DNA from: an uncultured Planctomycetota bacterium
GTDB lineage: Bacteria; Planctomycetota; Planctomycetia; Isosphaerales; Isosphaeraceae
Direction of reading: 5' to 3'
Length of the DNA: 64,000 nt
NCBI GenBank assembly: GCA_963823665.1
Contig: CAWGMQ010000008.1
Span: forward strand, 1,472,001-1,536,000
The translations under genes were made by a program, and so were the position numbers. This document shows positions 20,589-32,493 of this stretch, piece by piece. Position 1 is the stretch's first letter. Each line of letters begins with the position of its first letter. Under the pieces are notes generated by a model, which saw only the letters and a program-made list of their open reading frames with translations, was not told where the DNA came from and searched no databases.

Positions 20589-22097
20589 ATGTGGGTCCGT
20601 AAATGTGATTTCGACGCGGAGAACGACTTCCTGCCGCCGATCCCTTCGCGAATCGCCTCCAATGAGGAATTTGTGCCGCCTCCTCAATCCGCCGAGCAGA
20701 AGGAGTACGAGGACCGGCTGGCGGCGATCAGCGAACGCGTGGCAAAGCGCCAGGGACGCTCGCGCCGTGACTTTCTTCGCAGCGGCAGTGGCATGGCGGC
20801 GGCTCTCGTGGCACTCAATCAGGTCCATGGTGACTGCTACGAAGTTGCTGCCGACGAGGTTGACGACCCCAAGGCCTTTGAGGAGCACTGGCCCAAGGAT
20901 CAGTTCATCTTTGACGTACAGACGCACCACGTCGACGTCGCGAGTAAATGGTACGACGACACTCCGGCCGGGCGCGGAATCAAAAATTTCTTCCTGACGC
21001 TGAAGCCCAAGGCCACGTCGATGGCCCACGCGGTGGAGCTTCTGAACCGCGCCCATTACGTGAAGGAACTCTTCGGCGACAGCGACACCGTGATGGCGGT
21101 GATCAGTGGCGTTCCCAGCCGGGAATGGGACAAAAACCCGTTGCCTCCGGACCAGATGGTGGCCACTCGCCAGTTCGTCAACGACCTGGCCGGCTCGCGC
21201 CGGGTGCTTTCGCACGGCCTCTTACGGCCCAATCTGGGCAAGCCCGAGCTCGAGGAGATGGAGCGCCAGGTCAAGGAGTTGAAGATCGAGGCCTGGAAGA
21301 TGTACACCGGCGCCGAGATCGGCGAAAAAGCCTGGCGGATGGATGACGAGAAGGTCGCTTACCCGTGCTGGGAAAGAACCAAGGCACTTGGCATCAAGAA
21401 TCTCTGCGTGCACAAAGGGCTGCCGCTGGGCGCGTTCAATGAAGAGGCATGCCGGCCGCTCGACCTGGAGAAGGCTGCCAAGGACTGGCCCGACTTGAAC
21501 TTCATCGTTTATCACTCCGGCTTCCGCGGCTATGGCTGGCTGGCCAGCGGCACCGGCATCAAAGTGGTGGATCCCAAGAGCACCGATCCCCAGGAAATCC
21601 CCTGGATCAGCGACATCCTGCGGATCCTCAAGCGCAACCCCGGTATCAAGAACATCTACTTCGAGCTCGGCAGCACCTTCGGAATCCTCGCTTCGTCGGC
21701 GCCAAAGCTGTGCATGCACATGCTCGGACAGATGGTGCAAGTCGCAGGGCCCGATCACATCCTGTGGGGAACAGACTCAATCTGGGGCGGCAGCCCGCAG
21801 GGCCAGATCGAGCTGCTGAGGCGTTTGAAGATCTCCGACGACCTGATCGAGAAACACGGCTACGCGCAGCTCACGCCTGAGGTGAAGAACCAGATCTTCG
21901 GCTTGAATGCCGCCCGGATCCTGGGCGTCGACCACGAGGCCGCGCGCAAAGCCATCAAGACCGACAAGCTCGCCGAGCTCCGCCGCGATCGGCGATATGA
22001 TCCAAAGTCACGCACGAACATGCAGTACGGCTGGGTCTGGGAAGAAGATGGCGGAGTTCCCACTGTGCCGGTCGGTGTAGGTCAGGCTTTAGCCTGA
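20589..22097 (+). CDS. Amidohydrolase family protein (Amidohydro_2-like)
   Basis: IFDVQTHHVD, CVHKGLP, IVYHSG, ILWGTDSIW metal-binding motifs; AAGGAG SD. Confidence 0.9.
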   Translation: MWVRKCDFDAENDFLPPIPSRIASNEEFVPPPQSAEQKEYEDRLAAISERVAKRQGRSRRDFLRSGSGMAAALVALNQVHGDCYEVAADEVDDPKAFEEHWPKDQFIFDVQTHHVDVASKWYDDTPAGRGIKNFFLTLKPKATSMAHAVELLNRAHYVKELFGDSDTVMAVISGVPSREWDKNPLPPDQMVATRQFVNDLAGSRRVLSHGLLRPNLGKPELEEMERQVKELKIEAWKMYTGAEIGEKAWRMDDEKVAYPCWERTKALGIKNLCVHKGLPLGAFNEEACRPLDLEKAAKDWPDLNFIVYHSGFRGYGWLASGTGIKVVDPKSTDPQEIPWISDILRILKRNPGIKNIYFELGSTFGILASSAPKLCMHMLGQMVQVAGPDHILWGTDSIWGGSPQGQIELLRRLKISDDLIEKHGYAQLTPEVKNQIFGLNAARILGVDHEAARKAIKTDKLAELRRDRRYDPKSRTNMQYGWVWEEDGGVPTVPVGVGQALA

Positions 22098-22228
22098 CAA
22101 GAAATCACATGTGCGATCCCAGCTCGGCAACGGCGCCGTGATCGACAGATCTTCTCTCGACCACCGGCGCCCTCTGCCCCAAGCCTGGCCTGCTATTTCT
22201 CATATTACAGAGACCCAGCCCCTCCGGC

Positions 22229-22942
22229 TCAGCCAATGTCGGCGAACGCCGACACATTCCTCCTCTTTAATTTGTAAGTGAAGACTCCGATCACTCCGAG
22301 GAGCGACAGGACGACAGAGGAAGGCTCGGGGACTGCGGACGCGTTGTACGCAAGGTTATCGAATTCGAAGGCGTACTGCGTGCTCGACGCCACGATTGTA
22401 TTGAAGCTTTCTGTTGAATTTATGTTCACATAGTAAGTTCCTTGCATGCCCTGATCGCCGTTCGCATTGGATGTCACATCAGTTCCCGTGACCGTTCCAA
22501 CCGGAGTTGCGCCGTTATACAAAGTCAGAGTGTTGTAGGTGTCGACGGAGCCCCAGAGCAGACCGATATACATCTCTTGGCCTGGAAGGGTCAGAGTGAC
22601 CGAGCCGATGCCGGTCGAGAGGTAAGTCGTCCCGTCGGGACCGTCATTAGGGTCACCGAACAGCGACCCGTTTCCGTTTGAGAGGTACGGCGCGGCATAA
22701 ACATTTGTTAACGATCCCTGCACGGCCTGGCCGTCAGTGGTGAACGAAACGCCGACGCCTCCACTCACTCCGCCCGTGCTCCCGAGCGGCAAGTCGTTGA
22801 AATTCACGTAGTTCACGCCCGTCGGCGCACCGCCAACCGATGCAGTGATCGTCAGGCCGGCTCGTGCAGCCGGGCTCGTTCCGATCAGGCAGAGAGATAG
22901 CACGCCGAGGGCCGTGCATCTAGACAGAATCCTATGCATCAT
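22229..22942 (-). CDS. PEP-CTERM sorting domain protein
   Basis: Signal peptide; GLLWGSVDTYN and AFEFDN motifs; C-terminal VPEPSS-TM-KRR. Confidence 0.9.
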   Translation of the reverse strand: MMHRILSRCTALGVLSLCLIGTSPAARAGLTITASVGGAPTGVNYVNFNDLPLGSTGGVSGGVGVSFTTDGQAVQGSLTNVYAAPYLSNGNGSLFGDPNDGPDGTTYLSTGIGSVTLTLPGQEMYIGLLWGSVDTYNTLTLYNGATPVGTVTGTDVTSNANGDQGMQGTYYVNINSTESFNTIVASSTQYAFEFDNLAYNASAVPEPSSVVLSLLGVIGVFTYKLKRRNVSAFADIG

Positions 22943-23252
22943 AACAAGTGTGTTCCTTTGTGGCGGAATCGAATGCGCAATGTCGATCAAGCTGGCCCAA
23001 TACGCACTGGGCCGGTCGAATTCGAGCCGATCAAACCGGGACCTACCGCATGGAATGCGGCTTCAGAGCCGTTGCTTTGAGCGCCGGCGCTCCCGCTTGC
23101 ATTCGTCCTGCCGCACTCTTAACGCTCTAGGACCGGCTTTGTGAAATGAATAAAAAAGGGTGTGGAGTTCTGGATTCATTTGATGAAACAAATTCGTGAA
23201 CTCGCCTGTGCGTGTTTAAAAAATGAGAACCTAGGGTTGCCTGGGCTCGGAC

Positions 23253-23280
23253 GCACTTTCGCGGAGCGAACGGCGACTAT
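23253..23280. repeat. REP-like element
   Basis: cactttcgcggagcgaacggcgactat palindromic unit; a related unit lies near 30985-31020. Confidence 0.45.
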
Positions 23281-23367
23281 TTTTTCCGCGATTCTTGAAC
23301 GCGCGACCCTCCTGTCTGTCAGTATCTTGAAGGAAGGTCATGCGACAGACCAGAGAGGATTAGCCGG

Positions 23368-26300
23368 ATGGAGAGCGAATCGTTCAAGAGCACGCTGCGT
23401 CAGATCGGAACCCTCTACACCCTCGGCACGCTCGGCGGGCGCTCGGATGCCCAGTTGCTCGAGCTATTCCTCGCTCGCAATGGCACAACTGCCGAGGAAG
23501 CGTTCGCGGCCCTGGTCGAGCGGCATGGTCCGGCGGTCCTGGGTGTCTGCCGCCGGATGCTGCCGAGCTCGCACGATTGCGAGGACGCCTTTCAGGCGAC
23601 GTTTCTCGTCCTCGCCCGTCGGGCCGCCGCGATCGGCCGGCGCGAGCGACTCGCGAGCTGGCTCTTTGGTGTCGCGGTCCGGACGGCCAAAGAGTCGAGG
23701 CGACGAGCCGCGCTCCAGCGCGCAGGGGAAAAACGGCTGATGGAATTATCCAGGGTTGAGCCTGAACCGACGGAAGACCGCAACGACCTGATCGCTTTCC
23801 TCGACGAGGAATTGAATCGCCTGCCCGAGCGCTACCGGGCCGCGCTGGTCGCCTGCGAGCTGCAAGGGAAATCACGGCGCGAGGCCGCGGCGCAGCTCGG
23901 CGTGCCCGAGGGAACGCTCTCCACTCACCTGGCGCGCGGGCGAAAGCTTCTGCGAGAACGATTGGTCCGCCGCGGTGTCAACCTGGGCGCCGCACCGTTC
24001 GCGGGCTTATCACGACCGCTTGTCGAGGCGGCTGTCCCGGAACGGCTGCTGGGCCTGACAGTGCAGGCAACCCTGGGTTTTGTCTCTGAAAGCACCGCAG
24101 CCAGGGCCGTCCCATCAGCGATTGCAACCTTGGCGGAGCGCGTGCTCAAGCTGATGTTCCTGACCAGGCTGACGGTGATTCTCGCGTCTTTGACGGCTGC
24201 GGGCACGGGTGCGGTTGCTGCGGTTGTGCTGTGCTTCGCCGCAATCGCTGCGGGAATGCCCAGTCCCGATCCGCCCAAACCGGGTCCGGATGACGTGCCC
24301 GGCCGGGTTGTGGATCAGTCCGGCGCTGGCAGTGCCCGGAGTCCAGGTCTGGGCGATCGAAGGCCCCGGATGGACGCCAACGACGGTGGCGAAGACGACG
24401 ACCGACAACGAGGGCCGGTTCGTTGTGTCGTGGCCGCCGGACGCGCGTGGTTTGCGGGAGGTACAGAATTTCGCGGTGTTCGCCCGAGCCCCGGACGGCC
24501 GGGTCGGCTGGCAGCATCCGACCTGGCTCAACACCGTCGACCGCAAAGGAGTCGAGATCGAGCTGAAAGCGGGCGCCGATGTCCCCGGCCGGCTGACCGA
24601 TCAGAACGGCCGGCCAATCGGCGGTGTCGAAGTCGCGCCCGAGCTCATCCGTCGGTCGGGCCAAACGAACTCCGGCGATTTCATCCGTTTCAGCGCCGAG
24701 CTGACTGCTTTACTCCGGACGACGACCGCGGCGGATGGCTCATTCGTGCTCAAGGGCATCCCTCAAGGCGCCGGCATCTTTGCCACAATTGCCTCCCCCG
24801 CCTTCGGCTCGCCGACGATCTCCTGGGACACTGCCCGGCCGGTGACGGTTGTCCTTGATGGTCGCCTGGGCCGGATCAACGGCCGGCTCAAACCGCCGGA
24901 TCCGCGCGCGCTTCCGGATCAGCTCGCGCTCGGCTTGTACAGCTCGCCCTTGCCCGCGAGCGCAGTACCCGGCCCGTACGAGGTGTTCTGCCGGCGGAAC
25001 GGCACTGCGGACAAGGACGGCGTCTTTCAGTTCGACGGATTGCCACCGGGCCGATACACGGTCAGCGCGTACTTCGACAGTGCCGGCATCATCGCCACCA
25101 GGCCGGAATTTGAGATCGAGGTCGGCCCTGGCGCCGTTGCGCAGCTCGAGATTCCACTCCAACGGCTGCCGACGATCACCGGCCGGCTCGTCGATGCCCA
25201 GACCGGCAAGGGTATCGCGGGGGTGAGCCTCGTCTCCTTGTTGCGCGAAGAGGGCAAGAACTCGAACATTTGGTGCGGCGAGGCCACGACCGACGCCGAA
25301 GGACGGTACGCCATCCCGGCGCGGCCGGGCAAGATCCTGATCAACTTGAAGGACGTGCCCAAGACTCACCTGCGGCTCGACCACAGCGAATTCCCCAGCC
25401 TCGACGTGAAGACTGACCAGACCTGGCCCGAGCTGAAGCTTTCCCCAGCGATAGGGCTCGACGGGATTGTGGTCGATAGGACCGGCAAACCGGTCGCCGG
25501 GGCCGAGGTATTCGTGGACGTGCCTGACCCTCCCGGAGTCCACTCGCACGACCGTCCGATCGTCACCGGACCCGGCGGAACATTCCACATCGACCAGCTC
25601 GAGGCCGACGACGCGGTTTCACTGCACGCTCGCGCGGGCGGCGCGACGACCGACGGGGCCATTGTCGTCGAAACCGGCGCGGCCAACGACAAACGCAAAA
25701 TCACCCTCACGATCGACCCCGCGCACGCCTGCCGGATCCGCGGATTGGTGACCGACCTGACCGGCAAGCGGATCGCGGGGGCCAATCTGATGTTGAGGTG
25801 GCACCGATCCTACGTCACGAAGAAGCCGAATCGCGCGTCAGGAGTCGGAAGCCCGATCGCGATGTACACCACCACGGACAACGGCTTGTTCGTATTCAGG
25901 GACCTCTGGCCCGGCGACCGATACTCGATTGTCATTGAGGCCAGGGGCCATGCGAGGATCGAGACCCCTGAATTGACCGCTAAGGCCGGCGAGACACTTG
26001 ACGCCGGCAAGATCGTGCTGGCGAACACCAGCGGTTACCTCGCCGGCCGCGTCATCGGCTCCGACGGCAAACCCATCGCGGGAGCAAACATATTCAACCA
26101 CGGTGACGCACCTGGGCCGGTGGCGACTTCGAGCGATGCAGATGGCCGGTTCCGGCTCGCGGGCGTGTTTCCGGGCCGGAAGTATGCATTCGTTCGCAAG
26201 GAGGGATACCGATTCACCGGCATCAAGGCCGATCAAGACGCCGATGGCTTGACCATCACGCTGAAGAAGAGCAGCGAGCCGCTCCCCGTTTGGAAGCCTG

Positions 26301-27715
26301 CGTCGGTCTCAAGCTACGAAGACCAGCGTGCCTTCGCCAGGGGAGTCTTGATCCGGCTGTGGGAAAAGTACGGAGCCGACCCGGAAAAAACCGGCGCGTC
26401 CCAGTGCATCGAGGACATGGCCCTGATCGATCCTAAGCTCGCCTTCGAGTGGTCGTCGCAGCATGGCCGCCGTTACGACGACGCGGTACGTCTCGCTCAG
26501 GCCCGGGGCCTGGCCGAGACCGATGCGCCCGCCGCACTCGCGCTGCTGAAAAAGGAGCCCGTTTCCGCCAGCCAGCCCATCTTGCAATCACTGGCCCAGC
26601 GTTACGCGGAGAGAGACCCGAAGAAGGCAATACCATTCGCTGAGGAAGCGGCGGAGCAGGCGCGGCGGCTGATCGCATTCGAACGGCCCGTGGCGATGGC
26701 CCGGGCTGGTGCGGTCCTCGTCAAGCTGGGCCGTGCCGATGCCGGCCGCAAGCTGATCGAAGACGCGGCCCGGGACGCGACCAAGCTCCTCACCAAGGAT
26801 CGCGCGGGCTATTACCGCTCGCTCGTCGCCGAGGTGCTGGCCCCGTTTGATCTGAAACAGGCTCTCGCGCTCATCGAGCCGATCGAGGACGATGACAAGA
26901 TGCCGACGGCAAAGAGTGCCCGTTACGCGCGGATCGCCAGCGCCATCGCGAAGAGGGATACGACGCGGGCCGTCGCGATGCTCGACTCGGTCGATGGACC
27001 CTCGTTCCACCATGAGCTTGCCCGGACGGAGATCGCCTACAAGATCGGTGCCGACCGGCCTGATACCGCGATCAAGATCATCGAAGGGATCAATCGCGAC
27101 CGGCGGGCCGCCCACTGGCAAGCGGCGGCGTTCGGCTGGCTGGCGGTGGCCCTGGCGCCGCGCGATCGAGCGCGAGCCTTCGGGCTGATCGAACGGGCCC
27201 TGGCCATGATGGTCGATCATCCGGATGGCGGGAATCGAGCGGACGATGCGATAGCCGTGGCCGCCCGCATTGCCATCTGTGCGCGGCGGATCGGGTACCC
27301 CGACATGGAAAGCGTGGTCATGCAGGTGATGGCGACCCGCTCTGTCGTCGACTCACCCTGGGAGCGCAACTGGCTGTTGCGGTGCGCCACGCAGGCCGCG
27401 CTGGCACTGGCCCTGGTCGATCCCGACGCGGCGCGAACCGTGCTCGAGGAGACGGAAGCGCGGAGCGGCCCCGATGCGACCAAAGAACATGACGTCCGAG
27501 AGCAGCGGCTCATGGCCTGGGCACTCGTCGACCTCAAGCGGGCTGAGGCACTCGTCGATGCCGGGCTCACCGAGCTCGACGGGGCGAAAGAGGTAAATCT
27601 CTGGGGGACAGGCATCTTCCAGACGGTCGAGTTCCTGCTCAAGCCGCCCCATCGCCGCGAAGAAGTGCTGGGCGAGCACTCGTCTGGGGGCTTCTGGTGG
27701 CCGGGTTATGAGTAA
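23368..27715 (+). CDS. ECF sigma factor with TM helix and long C-terminal extension of carboxypeptidase-regulatory-like repeats (frameshift near 24330)
   Basis: SDAQLLELF, FAALVERHGPAVLGVCRR, DAFQATFLVLARRA, region 4 GTLSTHLARGR; repeated GRVVD..G.PV.GA.V...TD..GRF units. Confidence 0.88.
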
Positions 27716-27928
27716 CGGACCACGAACACAGCCGGCCCAGTGATTCGGACGGGCCGTGCTCTCCACCCTTAACCTTGCCCGTTGCCGCAATTCCGTGTTC
27801 GCACACAGGAGCATGTGCTACATTTACCGAGTGCGGTTCGCCACCTGATCGACCCGGCCGGCGCAAGGCCCCTGAAAACCGTGAGTATTCCAGCACTCGT
27901 CGTGTGTCAGTTTGCAACTAGGTGACGA

Positions 27929-29675
27929 ATGATCGAAGCACCGGAGAACCGGCCTCGCTTGCCCTTTGCCCAGCGCAAGCGCCGTCGCGGCGCGAGCGCT
28001 AGCGGTTTGCAAGCCCGGTCGCGGAGGATCCGGCCGTGCGCTCGATATTCTTGAGAATCGCACGACGCCCTCGACTTTCCTGGTCACAAACGCCTTCGAC
28101 CCGGCCGGGCGGCTCGTTCCCGGATCGCTGCGCTGGGCTATCCTGAGGGCGAATCGCTCTCCCAGCCGAAACCCTATCGTCGAGATCACCCCCTCGGTTG
28201 GCGGCTCGATCACGCTTCGCGCCGGCGAGCTTCGGATCAGTAACGGCCTGACGATCGAGAACGCCGAGCGCGCCGCCGTGACCATTCAGCAGGCCACGCG
28301 CAACTCGCGCGTCTTGCACATCCTGGCCAATCCGCGTTCCAAATTCGTGACGGTCACGGGCCAGGAGTCCGCGAGTCCGATTATTCTGACCGGCGGCCGC
28401 ATCCATAACGGTAACGGCGGCGGGATCCTCGTCGACAACCCACAGAACGTCCTGACCCTTCAGTACGCGAGCGTAGTCGGAAACTCCGCGGCCGAGGTCC
28501 GCAACCCCTTGTTGGGTGCCCGGGGCAACGGAGGTGGAATCTATTCGAGCGGTACGCTGACGCTCGATCACGCCACCGTTTCGGGCAATATCGCCCTCGG
28601 GATCAACAACGCATCCGGCCACGGCGGCGGCACCTACACCGATCGGGGCATCACGCTCTTCGACAGTCACGTCGACGGCAACAAGGCGCGGAACAGCTCG
28701 GGCATTTTCAACGTTTTCGGTTCGGTGGAAGTCGTAAACGGCAGCACCGTCAACAACAACTCCCCGACCGGCAACGGCTTACCCTTCGGCGACCTTGGCG
28801 GCGGCGGGATCGGCCAGACCGACGGCAACGTCGTCATCGCCGACAGTCAGGTTTCCAACAACCGCTCAAACGGAATGTACAGCGGCGGCATCGGGATCCT
28901 CATCGGCGGCATTACTGTCACCGACGGCAGCCAGATCGACGGCGATAGCAACAACGGCCCGGGCGGCGGAATCGCCGCGAATTTCGGCGGCGCAGTCGTC
29001 ATCAACGACGGCAGCCAGGTCGACGGCAACACCGCCGCGGGAATCGGGGGCGGAATCGTCAACTTTTCGGAGAACTTCGGGATCGACATCGACGACAGCC
29101 AGGTCGCCAACAACACAGTGACAAACGTGCAAGACACAAGCGCAGCCGCGGGTCTCGCCACGCTCGGCGAGAATCCCGTGATCGCAAAGATATTCGTCGG
29201 CATCGGCCGGGGTGATCCCAGCCTGAAGCAGGCGCTCCAACTGTTCGTGAACACCTGTGCGCAGCGGGTCGGCCTGATCAACACTGCGGTGAGCGCGTTT
29301 CCCTCTGGCGGTCAGATCCAGATCGGCGCCGGCGTCGCCAGCCCGCTCAACGGCGCGATCGTGATTTCAGGCGGCAGCACAATCAGCGGAAACCAATTCA
29401 CCGCCGTACGATCATCGACGATCCCGGCGGCGGGCTACGGTGGCGGTATCTTCGGCAACCTTGGCTCAATCGCGATCGACGGCAGCACGATCAGCGGAAA
29501 CGTCGCCTCGGTCGACGCCGGCGGGATCTGGAACGGGTTCTCCCTGACCCTCGGCAACAGCACCGTCACCGGCAACAGCGCCGCGCAGACGGGCGGGGGA
29601 ATCTATAATCAGGGAACCTTCGTCTCCATGAACAATAACATAAGCGGCAACCTGCCCGATAACATCTACCCCTGA
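27929..29675 (+). CDS. Secreted beta-helix / polymorphic repeat protein (probable 5' frameshift)
   Basis: LENRTTPSTFLVTN, GSLRWAI, many GN.A...GGGI repeats; SD-like AGGTGA plus ATG at 27929 is out of frame with ORF 27966. Confidence 0.8.
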
Positions 29676-29882
29676 CCGTCATGCGAAGCATGGGGCCGAT
29701 GCCTGGTACCTGGTGGTGGGCCACCAAGGCCCGGGCGGTCGGATATGTGGTTCGCCGGGCACCAAGACCTTTACTCTGCGATTTGCCGCGGTATGATCAG
29801 CGGAATTCTGAAACGAGCCAGACATCTCGCGTGCGTCGAACGTACTCAGATACGCGGTAGACCCTCAACAGCGGAAAGCAAC

Positions 29883-30182
29883 ATGAGGACGATCGCATTC
29901 ACCATCGCCGCGCTGATCGGGCTCGCCAGTACAGCCCACGCTCAAGACCGAGTAAACCGTCGCTACACCCAGCGAACCGACCACTACTCCCAGGTCTTCA
30001 ACTACTGGGCCTACCACCTGGGAACCGACAGCGGGTTCACTCCCGTCGCCACCTTCGGCGGGTCAGGAATCGTGGTCGGAACCAGACTCACGTGCAACGC
30101 CTGTGGGGCGGTCGGGCACACGAGCTGCGGAGCCAATGTCCCGCTCTATGCCACACACTACACTTGGGAAATGATGCCCTGA
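29883..30182 (+). CDS. Small secreted hypothetical protein
   Basis: Signal peptide MRTIAFTIAALIGLASTAHA; CNACGAVGHTSC motif. Confidence 0.6.
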   Translation: MRTIAFTIAALIGLASTAHAQDRVNRRYTQRTDHYSQVFNYWAYHLGTDSGFTPVATFGGSGIVVGTRLTCNACGAVGHTSCGANVPLYATHYTWEMMP

Positions 30183-30203
30183 ACCTTGAGCCGGAGTGGC
30201 TGC

Positions 30204-30467
30204 TCAAGTTCCGCCATCGGTGCGATACGAGCGTAAAGCACGACCAACCAGCGGGACACACGCGCCCTTGAATTCATTGCACGCATGACACGCGAGCCAG
30301 AGGTTCTGTTCAACGGTCTTCCCGCCTCGGGATTCAGGAATAATGTGCTCGATGCTCAAACGAAAGCCCGATATGCTCTGCGGTGTCCGACAATAAGCGC
30401 AACAGTAGCCGGCGGTCATAGCCACGCGCTCGCGCAGCCCGCGCGGGATCCGGGCTTTGCCGGGCAT
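30204..30467 (-). pseudogene. HNH endonuclease, probably C-terminally truncated
   Basis: CAYC...IEHIIPESRGG...NLWLACHACNEFKG, then unrelated tail. Confidence 0.75.
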
Positions 30468-30469
30468 CG

Positions 30470-30879
30470 CTAGAAACCCTCGGGCTTCGGCAGCGGATGC
30501 CCTCGGTACTTCAACAACAGGATGGCGTAAGACCGTTTGAGCATTAGACGGTCGCCCTCGGCGCGAAGCTCACCGAGCACCCTCTCTCTCAGTCCGTCAA
30601 CGCACCTCGCTGGTTCGACTCGAGAAGGCGTTCCAGTCGGTGCTGTTTAGCCGGCACCAGACTGCTCTTCGCAATCTTCAAGAGAGCTGCATCACCCAAA
30701 TCTTCCATCGCATCGAGTTCCGCACGGTACTCGACCGGCACTTTTTCCAGTGATGGCGTCGCGGCCCGGACGATCTTCACGAGGGCCTTTCCCATCGGTC
30801 AGTTCATCCCTTTGGCAGCGCGGCGGAGGCGCTCGTAAACATCTTCAGGTCGCTGAAGCGTTAGCACCGGCTGCCTCAT
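30470..30879 (-). pseudogene. Antitoxin-like hypothetical protein, copy 1
   Basis: Homologous to 33410..33821; has TGA in place of CGA (MN*PM) and a frameshift near 30590. Confidence 0.7.
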
Positions 30880-31071
30880 GATTCCGGCCCTTCCCCTGCC
30901 GATGACTGCGATTGGAACCGCGCCCATTGTAAGGCTCGTCGTGATTTGTTGGGAATGCCATGGCGCGCGTCGCGACGAAAGGGCATAGTGTCCCTTCCCG
31001 AAGCGACGGGCGAGAATTGTAGTGGAATTGATTGCGATCGGCCGACCAACGCGCGTTCATCGCAGCCGAGC

Positions 31072-32235
31072 TTAGCGGACGAGCTCTTCGACCGCATCAC
31101 GGAGTTGCTGAGCGTGGAGGTTCTTGTGCCGTATGATGCCTGCGCCGTCAATTACGTACGTCACTGGAATATCCGACACGTTCCACTCGTTAGCGATCGA
31201 ACGCTGCTGACCATCCCACCAACACGGCCACGTCACTTCTCCACTCTTGATGATCTTGCGGAGAGTCTCTTTTTCAGGGTCCGCGTTGACGCTCACGACC
31301 GCGAAATGCTTGTCCTTGAGTCTTTCAAAGAGATCGCGCTCGAGCGGATACATCGCGCGACACGGCCCGCACCAGTTTGCCGAGAAGGTGAGCAAAACGA
31401 CTCGGCCGCGGTAATCCGAGAGCTTGAACTGCCTCCCGTCGACGTCATCGCCGACGATTTCCGGGGCAAGTTTGCCTGGGACTAAGTCCCTGAGCTCATG
31501 CAGTTGTCGCGCTGCGTCCTCGCCAAGGGCGACGTCGTCATGTTTCTTGCCAAACATCGGCACGTCGGCAAACTCGCTTAAGGCCCGCGCAAAAAGGCAT
31601 TCAGCCTCCCGAAGCAATGCGGCCGGGTTCGCACTCTTGAGCTTCTGCACTGCTCCGTTGCCCCAGCGCTTCTCAAGGCGGACCTCTACTTTTGAATCCT
31701 CCCGGGGATTTTGCATCTCGAGCACGAACTCAGCTTGGTTCTTGAGGAACCTGCCGAACCAGTAGCATGCCATGCCACGCACTTCTCGGTGAGGGCTCTT
31801 TGCGAGCGCTTCCCGGTATAGCTTTTCAGTGGCGTCAGAGGCTGCGTCGAGAAACATCATCCCACCCATCGCTAAACCGATCCTTTTGTGGTCGATATGG
31901 TGGCTGGCGAGCAACCGCCGGGCCCGATCGGCCGCGACCGAGAGCGCTGGCTCCTTTGAACCCCATGTGGGTGACATCTTGCTGACCCAAACCAGCGCGT
32001 CCACATAGTCAGGGTTGGCAGCCCGTTCGACATTCAGGAGCGTCATGAAGCGAATCAGTCTCGCTGGATTCCTGCTTTCGTCGTGTACGCGCGCGAGTTC
32101 CTTCATGTCGTCGTTCGCCTCCCAGACGCGGAGAGCGTGTGAGTATTCCCGTGCAAGGAATGTGCACTCGTCGTCGGCCTGATTCCATGTATGAAGTTCG
32201 ACGAGAATGAGGACCGATACGGTAACGGTAAGCAT
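31072..32235 (-). CDS. TlpA-family thioredoxin-like disulfide reductase
   Basis: APEIVGDDVDGRQFKLSDYRGRVVLLTFSANWCGPC, VTWPCWWDG, PVTYVID. Confidence 0.9.
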   Translation of the reverse strand: MLTVTVSVLILVELHTWNQADDECTFLAREYSHALRVWEANDDMKELARVHDESRNPARLIRFMTLLNVERAANPDYVDALVWVSKMSPTWGSKEPALSVAADRARRLLASHHIDHKRIGLAMGGMMFLDAASDATEKLYREALAKSPHREVRGMACYWFGRFLKNQAEFVLEMQNPREDSKVEVRLEKRWGNGAVQKLKSANPAALLREAECLFARALSEFADVPMFGKKHDDVALGEDAARQLHELRDLVPGKLAPEIVGDDVDGRQFKLSDYRGRVVLLTFSANWCGPCRAMYPLERDLFERLKDKHFAVVSVNADPEKETLRKIIKSGEVTWPCWWDGQQRSIANEWNVSDIPVTYVIDGAGIIRHKNLHAQQLRDAVEELVR

Positions 32236-32493
32236 GTTTGCGCTCCAAATCGAGCGAACGGCACAGGCCGTGGAAGCTATGGTACACGTTGTGAGCGCTA
32301 TCGGCACTCCTGTCGCCTTTCCGGGCATTGCCGAGCTGTCGGGACGACGGACGGGCCTTAGGGATCGTTCGGGACGCGGATCGCGGCGTTGATTGCAAAA
32401 GCCGGTTCCTACCGATTGGGTGATGTGTCGGCATTTTACCAAATGTCGCCGGGATGGTGCGGACAACAAAGGATACCTGCCTTCGAGCCGATG

